This document shows, piece by piece, positions 11,627-26,123 of a stretch of DNA of 36,031 nt (within the stretch, counting starts at the first letter, position 1; each line of letters opens with the position of its first letter). This stretch comes from Paraglomus brasilianum. Taxonomy: Eukaryota. The stretch spans positions 1-36,031 of the forward strand of contig CAJVPI010000307.1 in assembly GCA_910592345.1 (NCBI GenBank), read 5' to 3'. The position numbers and the translations under genes were made by a program. The notes under the pieces are model-generated. The model made no database searches. It saw only the letters and a program-made list of their open reading frames with translations, and was not told where the DNA came from.

Positions 11627-14054
11627 ATGTCCGGTCAATCGTCTAACAACGTATACAGGGAACAGCTAGCTAAAAGCATCGAGGAAGGAGTTATCAGAAA
11701 ATATGCAAAAAATGACCTTAGTGATCCTATACTTCTCGGTCATGGTGGATATGGTGTTGTATACAAAGCCGAGATAAAGCAATCTAGAATACCAGTCGCA
11801 ATGAAAACCTTGTTTCTAAACCCTGATGATTGTGAAGAAGAATTCTATAAACAGTTTGTCAAAGAGGTGGTCACCGGTTACCTACTAGTTTTTATTGTCC
11901 TAATTGTTGCATGCTGGTTAAACTGAGTTATTTCATAATCTATAATTTACATATAATAGTTGGAAACTAATAGGAAGGTGAATAATCATTCAAACATTAT
12001 ACGGTTCTTAGGAATATGTCAAGAAGGTATGTTGAGTAGTATTGGATATTGCAGTTTACTGTATACATAAATATCAATTATAAAGTCTCAGCTTTATTAT
12101 AAACAGATCTATCCGGCCATTACCACATGATCTTTGAATATGCAGATGGTGGAACTTTGTATGAATACCTGCGGAAATACTTCCCTAATCTCACATGGAA
12201 TGATAAGTACAAGCTGGGTGTGGAGATTACTGAAGGGTTGATGTATTTACATAGTCTTGAAATTGTTCACAAGGACTTGGTATGTATAATTATATAGTTT
12301 CTGTTATATTAATATACAATTGTCATTGTACACTAATCTTGGTACATTTCAATTACTGTGTTATATGAAATTAGTCCTCAATAAATATTCTTATCCAAGG
12401 GAGTATTGCAAAAATAACTGACTTTGGATTGTCCACTGCCCTCAAACCAATTATGTCTACATCAAAAGGTGAAGGAAATACAGTATATATTGACCCACTA
12501 TCTCTTAAGGACAGTTCTTATAGACGTGGGAAAAAATCAGACATCTTCAGCCTTGGCGTAATACTTTGGGAGATTTCAAGTGGGAAACTTCCATGTCAAG
12601 GGGCTACCAGAAGTGATGAGATTTTTATATACAGATTGAATGGTTCTTGTGATTCTCCATTCCCTGGAACATCTGAATGCTATATCAATCTATATTCAAA
12701 ATGCTGGGATGAAGACCCTGATAAACGTCCATCATGTGAAGAAGTAAATAGACAATTAAAGTCTTTGGTTACACAATCATTAGAACTTAAAATTGGAAAC
12801 ACAGGAGCAACAGCTTTGGCAGAGGTTGAGACCAACTTATCTTTAGCATTTGCCTCTCAGTCAAATATGTCCCAGGGTCAGTCATCTAACAACATATACA
12901 GGGAGTGGCTAGTTAAAAGTGTCCAGGAAGGGTTTATCAGACAATATGCAGAAAATGACCTCATTGAGCGTACACTTCTTGGTCATGGTGGATATGGTGT
13001 TGTACATAAAGCCAAGATAAGGCAATCTAAACTACCAGTCGCAATGAAAACTTTGTTTCTAAACCGTTATGGTCGTGAAGAAGAATTATATAATAATAAG
13101 CAGTTTGTCAAAGAGGTAGGCACTGGTTATTATTAATTTTATTGTCCCAATTGTTGCATGCTGGCTAAACTGAATTATTTTATAACATATAATCTACATA
13201 TAAACAGTTAAAAACCCATAAGCAGGTGGATAATCATTCAAACATTATACAGTTCTTAGGAATATGTCAGGAAGGTATGTTGGGTAATATTGGATATTGC
13301 AGTTTACTGTATGCATAATATTGACTATAAAGTCTCTCTTTAACTTTATAACTTAAACAGATCTATCTGGCCATTACCACATGGTCTTTGAATATGCAGA
13401 TGGTGGAACATTGTTTGAACACCTGCAGAAATACTTCCCTAATCTCATATGGAATGATAAGTACAAGCTAGGTGTGGAGATTACTGAAGGATTGATGTAT
13501 TTACATAGTCTTGAAATTGTTCACAAGGACTTGGTATGTATAATTATATGGATGATTTCTGTTATATTAGTATACAATTGTCATTGTACATTAATCTGGC
13601 ACATTTCAATTACTGTGTTGTATGAAATTAGTCCTCACCAAATATTCTTATCCAAGGAGGTATTGCAAAAATATCTGGCTTTGGATTGTCCACTGCCCTT
13701 GAACAAATTATGCCTTCATCAAAAGGTGAAGGAAGTATGGCATACATTGACCCATTATCTTTCAAAGACAAATCTTATAGACGTGGAAAAAAGTCAGACA
13801 TCTTCAGTCTTGGAGTAATACTTTGGGAGATTTCAAGTGGAAAAATCCCCTGTGAAGGGGCTACCACAAATTATGAAGTTTTGTTATACAGATTAAATGG
13901 TTCTCGTGATTCAGCCTTTCCTGGAACCTCTAAATACTATATCAATCTATATTCAAAATGCTGGGATGAAAATCCTGACAAACGACCAGCATGTGAAAAA
14001 GTGAGTGAAATACTAAAGTCATTGATAACTCTGTTAGATTTCGGTGTTGACTGA
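11627..14054 (+). CDS. Tandem kinase-pseudokinase protein (kinase copies B+C fused in frame), ~627 aa
   Basis: Exons 11627-11866, 11960-12026, 12107-12279, 12375-13115, 13208-13274, 13361-13533, 13632-14054 (1884 nt, no stops). Domain 1 has VAMK, HKDL and DFG. Domain 2 (own ATG at 12867) has VAMK and HKDL but ISGFG in place of ITDFG. Intron positions match copy A. The first donor (GTGGTC) is weak. Confidence 0.8.
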
Positions 14055-15308
14055 AGCCGACGTCATTGATTCGCAATTTAAAATATGCCGCACCCGAAAT
14101 GATCATATTCATATTAAATAAAATACTACAATTGGTAGTGAAATTAATTGTCTACAATTAATGATTGGACCCATTTACTAGGAGTGATCGAGTAGAGTAT
14201 AAGGAATTCCTTAATTAGGCGCGTCGAATTTATCACCCTTTTATAATTAATACAGGCTTACGGAAGTTAGATTAATATGCTGTAGTTAAGCGGACGCTGG
14301 AGTATTAGACCAGACAGGAAAAAATTACGATACACAAAACTCTGACTGACCTTACGAACATATTATTATATAGAAATCAAAATTTGACTCCAGACCTGCG
14401 ATCTGAGGTCTAAGTTTTTGTCACTTTTTACCAGGGGTGCACCGTAAAGAATAAATAGTTCGATTATCAGTGTGATATTTTTATTTATTTATTTATTTTA
14501 TTTATCGTTATTATAAGCAATTTATAGAAATTAATGAGATCTTTACAAGTTTGCAATTCAGAGAAATAAAATGGAATTAAAAAACTAGCTTTACTCCAAA
14601 TATTTTATCAAACAGTTTTTCAAACGTAAGTCACAAAAAATTAAGACTAATAACAATTTTATGCTCTAACAAAAACGTAATTTGCGTTTATTACTTCTAT
14701 TTTCTACTGTAATAAAAAAGACATTAACCTGGAAAAAAAGATTATTCATGTTTATTAATTTATTAAAATAATTGAGATCAAAAATCGCTAATGTCTCACG
14801 GATCTTTCAGATCAGAATAGTCCAGAGAACAAGTAACAATAATATGACATACATCCATCAGTGTGCGTACAAGAACTCAATCCTAAAAAAGGATACTTAC
14901 CATATGGTTTGTGTCTGTCTAAATGCTTAGCTTGATATAGCAGATTTCCGTACAATCTAATCATGCTTGTCTGAATTATTCAAATAGTAATAGGAATGAC
15001 ATATCTGTACGACTTTCAAAAACGTCTGTCTGAAATGTTCCGAGATACAGTACTTCATATGCTTATTTAACAGATGAAGGGAGCGCTTAAGCCCATGATT
15101 ATGTCGATGTAACGATTTTATTTCTTTGTAGAGAGACACCAAATGAATGTTATGAAATACTAAAGTGTAGTTGCCTTTTCGTAAAGGCTTGTATGCCGAC
15201 ACCCTCCCCCCAATGTCTATTGTATAACTGTTTGTGATAAGATTGGGATTAGACGTGTGTCTATTATAAATAAAAGACTAATCCGTTCTTTTTAGTTATA
15301 CTATAACG

Positions 15309-16988
15309 TTAATCGTGCATTGTTGATCTCTTACTGAGCGAAAAGGATACAACGCATCCAACAACCACCACTACGCTAACACCCTTCCAGTAATTAAAAC
15401 ACTGTGCATGGTCCTGATTACAGAATAACCAGTGACTCAGAATAAATATAACAATTGCCCTCAAAGAATTCAGTATTCCGGTGGATACATTTCCTGTATG
15501 CTTCACCAACCAATAGTATGCTAGATTATGCAGTAAAGAAGCAAATACGAGGAATGCGAATATAGTTAATATGACTACGGTGCTCGCATGCGGTTCTCTC
15601 GCTTTCATCTTTTCGACTACAAGCGTATCCCAATTGGGTATAGTATAGAACAGTATATATATCGTGCATAAAACCGTGCTACAGCTTCCAATAATGAAAC
15701 AAGTCTTTTCGGGAGACGGCGGGGTTGTGTTGGGAACTCGCTCTGATAATATCCTGTCAGAGATGACATAAATACACGCATAGCCAAACGTAGAAATCAT
15801 AGCCAACACCGCCCCGAACATTGTTGAATGTGCAGAAGACAGGAATGATGTTATGGAAAAATCAGAATCATCAGCTGGTGCTGCTGTCTTTGCGGGTACC
15901 ACCTCAGCAGACTCTTTGATTCCCAATGCGCTAAGACCAAGTCCAAGTGATACTCCTATAATGGATAGCCATTGAACCAGTGATAGGTTGCGTTTTAGAA
16001 AGATGAATGAAAGAATGGCGCACCATATTACGACAGAGCTGTATATCACTTGGAACATCTACACTTGGATAAAAATAAGAAATGATAAGTGGATGAAACA
16101 GATATATTGCAGAAATTGCGAATAAAATGATGAAATGGCAATAGTGCTATCAAAGCACTGACATCTGCTTGTAGACAGACGTTCAAATACTACTCACTCC
16201 ACTTCCAATGTAGAAAAACGCAATCGTAGTTAAATAGTTGCCCACTGCATCTAAAGCTGCTACACCAGCAATGGCTCTGTAATTAACATGTTCTTTCAGC
16301 GGCTTCGATGAACGATCGATAGAATCTGCATCTTTTGCATCTTCGTCAATAACTTTTACATCTTCATTCGTGTCTTTTAGCTCTTGCTTGATATTTGCCA
16401 ACACTTCAGTGTCTTTTACATCTTCATCAACGTCATCTGGCACAAGCTGATAGTCTTTCCGAGTCTGCGTCTAAAGTGTAACAATAATTCCGTGAGTAGT
16501 CAGTAGAAGCAATAGTTTCTATAGCTTGGTTAATCAGAGAAGAGAGATACATGAAGCATGAAACCTCTAAGCGATTCATATCCACCATGTCGATTTCATT
16601 GTCTACTGACTCGTAACCTTTTTGAGCATGTCCCCACTTGTTCGCCCACCAGTTTGGTATTAGTAACAGTCCCACTAAGGTTGCACCGACGGCTTGCGAC
16701 GTATTCGTGAGTAAACTAACGAAGGTTAGAAGAGAGTGTGAGCATCAGAAAGGAACGTATCATTTGTATTGTAGTGATCTTTTTTTTACCTGGTGCCAGC
16801 TACATGTCAAATTAACAAAAACGTCTTAGTCAATCCTCATATTGCCATCCAATAAACAAAAATGTATACTTACTAGCAGCTCCCTGATAGTACAAATATT
16901 GTGTGCCAAGCGCCTGATAGAAGCCAGTGAATAAGAACAGCGCTTGGTAAGCGGCAATTGTTGGCAACGAAGGAGATCCCTCTGACAT
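15309..16988 (-). CDS. SLC35/drug-metabolite-transporter superfamily membrane protein (nucleotide-sugar transporter-like), ~432 aa
   Basis: Exons (minus) 16988-16874, 16799-16790, 16715-16565, 16470-16198, 16058-15309 (1299 nt). Multiple hydrophobic helices; family-like segments FFYIGSGMFQVIYSSVVIWCAILS and GNVSTGILNSLRAIVIF; acidic loop with DEDVKD-like mini-repeats. Confidence 0.82.
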
Positions 16989-17256
16989 TGTTACTATTCA
17001 AACCAGCATCACTTCCCGCGGGGATTATCGTTATTTGTGAGAAAATCTCGTGGTTGACGTTAATTGGACATTCCAAATTTAGGAAATGTCCAAACTTAAT
17101 AAGTAGCAATTTTTGCGTCTGTAAAACTTAATATTAATATTAATGTCATTTAAGCAAGAAATTCTTTTGCTTTAGAAAATATATATTTCGGATGGATTGA
17201 ATCGATCAACTATAGCTAAAATAGTCAACTATAATCAATCAATTGGCATAAATACG

Positions 17257-17885
17257 TTACATAACTAAGGCTCCATCAATGCCCGGAAAAAAAATTCCCC
17301 GGGCGCCATTTAGATCTCTATTAATCTCATCACACCCAAATACTTTATTTCCACCCAAATTCCTCCTAATATATCCGCAACGACTGCATGTTTTACTCGT
17401 ATATGCTTCAGATACGGATGTTATTACGATTTTACCAAATTCTTCCGCTTTAGATATCAATCGATTCCTAAACCTAGCATGCTATTAAATTTTGGTAGCA
17501 CGATTATGTCAAAAGTCTTGGTCAACCACAATGCAGTTTTTTTGTGTACTTCATCCCCTAAATTTTGAATACGTCTTCTAATGCGTGCTTGAGCGCTTAA
17601 ATGAGTTCGCTTTTTTGCCGATGCTCTGGTGGTGCGTGAGATCAAGGCATCAAGGGCAAGGCATAAGCGAAAAACACGATTGATATCATTGTCTCCGAAC
17701 TCCGGGGTCAATGGCTGCAACGTGAATTTCTTCCGCTAAGCAAGGTCTTCTGAGAGAAATTGGGATACATTCGTATTTTCAGTGATCGTGTCAAGTCTGC
17801 CTTCTTCATTCTTTTGGCCCGTCGTGTTGTTTGCACTTTCTTCTCGCGTTTTTTGTTTTTTGTCTTGTTCCGTCCTCATCTGTAC
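17257..17885 (-). pseudogene. Fanzor2/TnpB RNA-guided nuclease relic
   Basis: Fragments in different frames: RSLKIRMYP (N-terminal motif, ~17762-17788), VAAIDPGVR (RuvC-I, ~17695-17721), RIQNLGDEVHKKTALWLTKTFDIIVLPKF (RuvC-II, Pro at the canonical Glu site), RFRNRLISKAEE, SEAYTSKTCSRCG (alternative Glu plus zinc finger), RDLNGARGI (RuvC-III). Contains frameshifts and deletions. Confidence 0.9.
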
Positions 17886-17975
17886 CTGAATAGATCAAGT
17901 CGATTAGAATTCATTTGCTTGATCACTTATTACAAAAATAAAGCTAAAGTTAAATATTTATAATAAAATATTTAC

Positions 17976-18252
17976 CTGGCAGAACGCTTTCCTTGTAATC
18001 GGCAAATGAAGACTGTATTAATGGCGAGGATATTTCCCATTAGTCTGTTGGGTTATCTTCTGAGAGAACCACGATCTTTGTGCCATTAAGCTGAAGACAA
18101 ACTCGAGAAGGTCAAAGGCGAACCGACACAGCCTGTCTCTGTTGCAACTTCTTTGACCAGGCCGCGACTTGATGTTCCAGTAGGGAACGCAATCCGGATC
18201 TCTTGAAATTGATACTGGAGCCGATGTCTGAAATAAGGCAGTGGTTTGGAAA
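17976..18252 (-). pseudogene. IS607-family serine recombinase (TnpA) relic
   Basis: Frameshifted fragments FPNHCLISDIGSSINFKRSGLRSLLE, GLVKEV, RDRLCRFAFDLLEFVF, NGTKIVVL and NILAINTVFICRLQGKRSA match the IS607 resolvase consensus (DIGSG.NF.R.G, RDRL.RF.F, D.LAI..VF..RL.G.R). The N-terminal HTH and catalytic Ser region were not found. Confidence 0.85.
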
Positions 18253-20847
18253 CTGTGAGAGGAAAGATCAGCGAAATTAATTTTATTGATCGATGACGCA
18301 TGTATTTATGAGAGAAAAGAAAAGATAAAGTTTCCGATATATGATTAGAAGTTACTTCGGGTGGAGTTGGATGGAGTCAAAGAATATTTCTCTTAAATCA
18401 TGACTCAATTTGCTTAAGAAGTTGATTAATACGAGTGGCAAGATTATCCACGGCAAAAATACCTTTTGGTATATGTTATTTTCTCACGAAAATTGGGAAT
18501 AACGATGAAAAAAGGATGTTGCTATGTTTTTTGATCGTTCAATTACCTCTGATCAAGCGTGAGAGCTTCTAAAGCATTGAAACGAACACAATAATTGTAA
18601 CAACATTCATGGTCTGCTATCGAACAGCACATAAAATAAGTTTTTTGATTATCGGACTTTATATAAACCGGAATTGATATGCTGCGGTCAATGTAACCAA
18701 GCAATGTTTACCAAATTTGGTCAATAATGTAATCATTACGAGAGATGAAAAAATCTCTCGTCGCGTCTTCATGATGGGCTTTGTTGATTAATATTCTCGT
18801 GTATCATATAAATTCCAGCCCTTTTGTGTATAATATAATATTAATTAATGTCTAAACGAATTTTCCGAACGCATGGATTTCTTTCGAGGTCTAGAAAGCG
18901 TAACTCTGCGAACAGTGAGTTATTTACGCTCTGCGCAAGCGTTACGTATAAATTTGTTGCTCTGTCTTTATTCGGTCTTAAGATTTTATTTATATTAGGT
19001 ATGTACACATAATGCTAAACCTCCTCGAAATTTACTAATAAAACATAGTAGAAATCTTTAATTTTGAAATCTATATTGTCCATACATTACTGTAGCAAAG
19101 AAGTAGTTCGATAAAGTGGCAGTGTTTATGTTATGCATATACCACTTCACCGAGCTGCAGCTTTAAAACGATAACAAGACTGGATACACAATTTTCCCCC
19201 CTAAAAATACAAAAATTATTGATAAATACGGATAACGAAGATTTTCACAATAAATAAATAAAATATTTATTTATATTTTGAGGAGTAACGAATACTTTTG
19301 GTTGCCTCCAGAGAATTAAGTCATAATTAACAATATTGATATAGCATTGCTTCCTAGAGGACTTATACAGTGCTATAACAATAAATTATGCCTTGCTCAA
19401 TGGTGAGGCCAACTATATCTACAAAAATCACGCATTCCGGGCATGATGACAGATAGTAACCGATTCTCTTTAGGAGAAATACAAGAATAATGACATTTGC
19501 AAAAACAATGAATTATCATACGATTGATTAATCCACGAATGCTTCGCTTTGTACGTAAGCATTGAATACGTTGAAATTTGTGTATTGTAGAACACTTGAA
19601 CAATTCAACAATTGGATATTTGCTAGGTTTTTATTACGTTTTATTAGACATTTTATTCTCAAAGTTATTCGGACAGCCAATGTATTTAAGTTTTACTAAC
19701 TATAAACACTGGATACTTCTACAGTGTGGCGCAAAATTATTGATAATAAAAAAAGAGACTGTTATTAGTTAACAACTCTTATTATTATATTAATATGATA
19801 GTTTGTGATCACGAAATTTACCGGAAAATTTTTTAATATTACAAGCTCACGTCTACTTCCCATTGAAATGACTAATATCTTTTTTTGATAAACAGCTCTC
19901 AATGAGTCTTTTGGAGCATGGTTTTCTCCACTGTCAAATTCATTAACCCACCGTCTAACTAGCACTATTAACGGTGCACCCGTGATGTTAATTAATGATC
20001 GTAACCAACGTAATTAGCATTCAGTGTATAATGAATTATTCCCATACTTATAATTGGGAAACCGGGAGGACGATACCATAATAATAAGGAACTCTATTAC
20101 CTTCAAACAATAATTGATATTGATGGAGAAATAAAGTGTTAACACGATAATATTCAATACTTTACAAATATTTCTTCTGTCATTGTCATGTCGATATAAT
20201 TATAGATTCCCCAGAAATAAGGTCTGAAATTATTGGCCAGCCGCCTTAATGCCTCGATGTAACGGAATATTGTAATGCTGTCTTGTTGCCAGTAAATTAT
20301 GCCATGGTGAGTTGCCTTCGGTAAAAAAAAGAAGACCTTTTTGAACATTTATTTCGAATGCTATACTATGGTTTTCTATGTTTATCCATTAATTATTACT
20401 CTCCATTCGGTGACTAGCGGAGACTTTAACTTCACAATACAATTACCGAATATATAACACAGTAACATAGTTAATAATGTTACAATTGTCAAGTATACAA
20501 AGATTATCTCGTCGCATTGCAATCACTTGTTATAACCACTGATATAGAGCGATTCTATCGGACTTCTTGTTAAATTCATAAGATAAATTTAAAGCGACAA
20601 TTAATTCGCAAAGATCATTTAAATACAAAAATACACAAGGGAAGGCTCCCTCAGAATACATGTATTAGCATTCTTTATGCTGGCAATATTTAATTGTCTT
20701 AACATAAACACGATTCATAAGTGCATTTGTCTTTGTCTTTCTCGGTGGTATTCACTTCCCTTCTCGATTGGCAGATGCTTACATTAGGCTATCCTAACAT
20801 AGCTAATATGTTCAATCCAAATCATAATAGTTCATCTCGGTATGTAC

Positions 20848-24554
<3,707 letters not shown>

Positions 24555-25560
24555 TACGATTTTTAAATCTGGTTCTCTATTCTATCTTCATCCAAGAAGA
24601 ATTTGTGAATTAATCGTGTTAGAGCTGAATATCACGTGTTAGTATTAGAATACAAAACTCTAATACTGCGCCACATAATTGTCTAATACTAATTCTCTTC
24701 GATGAAGTGAGCGGCATGTTAGTTACAAGTTATGATCCTGCAGTTAATTAGTAATTAATCGTTGGCTTGGTTTTGGCTTTCGTTCTATCAGCCTTCGGCT
24801 GATTCCGTTCTCCTATTATTGAGATTCTGAGATATGATTATGGATACCTCGGTAAATTTTTTGCAATACTATTATCCACACTTTATCTCTATTCTAATGC
24901 TTACAATTATTTTTCCGATCCTACCGCCGTCAATCAGAAGCTGTGGTATTGGCATTTCAGAAAGTATTGTTAGCAGGGGCTATTCAAAGTTGGAATAAAT
25001 GTAATAACGGATCTTTTACACCATATAAGGAGGCTCTAATATTATACAAGCCCGAATGTCTTAAACAATAAAGAAACGACTCTTTGCTTGTTATTGTGTA
25101 GAAATAGCTAAACAATCTCTTTACCACCGTGAGCTCCAAATTGAAGATGTTTAGGCTGTGGTAAATAAAGTTGCAAAGTCTGTTCCACATCGAAAGTTAT
25201 TGGCTATTATGAATAAACTTCTTTATTCTTTTAAAGAGAAGGGTAAACTCATAGGATAGCGGAAATTCTGACGAGGATTATTTTTAGTTGGTGATCATAA
25301 TTAGAAAACGAATAATGTTGTATAAAATACAATAGCGATAATAAAGAAACGACTTGATAATACGCTCCTTCTGGTTGCATCTCATCCAATATGGCCGAAT
25401 ACAAGGCGCGAAATTAGTAATCGCTTGTCGAATTTTGTCAAGCTCATAAATGTAGATACTGTCTGGTATCAATGACTTTATATCAGACCACGTGCTAGAA
25501 TTTAGTTTATTTAGTTTAATCATACAAAAATCTTAAAACAACAGTGAGCGGATTTATTTA

Positions 25561-26123
25561 CAGTGCACGAAAAAAGTAACGAGAACAATTTTTTTTTACT
25601 GTCCAAGAACAGCTTGTGATATGGTAAACAAATACTACCCAATCGTTTATCTTATTACCATTGCTTGCAATCACCTTTTTATCTAAATTAACAAAAATTT
25701 TGTTTGCTTCCATCCAATTCTTTTCGATCAAGAAAAATCTATAGTAAATGGTTTTTTTTTTATACTAATAAACTGTAAGCTTTATTTCTATACGCTTCTT
25801 TAAAATTTCTATTAACTGGCTAGTCCGTAACTAAAAGGAATAATTGAGCTAGACTGTTTGTATGTTTGGGTCGTTGTCTTGTTCGAACAGCAAAAGATGT
25901 TACAAATTGGATTACACAGAAAAAGATTAAGATTCCCCCAGATTGGCCCCGGACCTTAATCCTATTGAATATTTGTGGCATGAACTTGAACGGAGACTTC
26001 GAAAACGATCTGTGCATCCAAAGAATTTTTATGAACTTGAAGAAGCATTGCAAGAAGAATCCCATCCAAAACTTACAGTATATTAATTTAATTGACAGTA
26101 TGCCACGTCGGATTGAAGCATGT
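25561..26123 (+). mobile_element. Tc1/mariner relic (TIR-like left end plus frameshifted DDE C-terminal fragment)
   Basis: TA|CAGTGCACGAAAAAAGTAACGAGAAC at 25559. Fragments TAKDVTNW, DWP..PDLNPIEYLWHELERRLRKR, ELEEALQEE and LIDSMPRRIEAC. Confidence 0.82.

Larger units (their letters stand above)
17187..18375 (-). mobile_element. Degenerate, internally deleted IS607-like element (serine recombinase TnpA + Fanzor2/TnpB); ends tentative
   Basis: Adjacent same-strand fragments of an IS607 serine recombinase and a TnpB/Fanzor RuvC nuclease. Boundaries are inferred only from TTCGG(A/G)TGGA direct repeats at 17187-17196 and 18356-18365. Confidence 0.8.

Noticed and set aside
17760..17990. Apparent in-frame TnpA-Fanzor fusion after splicing (only one TGA intervenes)
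   Set aside because: Better explained by a 1-nt loss in an A-run of a decayed element whose two genes overlap in different frames. It cannot be asserted from one degenerate copy.
19360..20350. Short ORFs (19397-19603, 19765-19965, 20154-20348) and TACAGTG TIR-like starts
   Set aside because: VRRWVNEF faintly resembles a transposase HTH, but no paired TIRs or catalytic motifs were found to support a call.
24984..25523. Short minus-strand ORFs upstream of YAK1
   Set aside because: No recognisable domain or consistent splice model.
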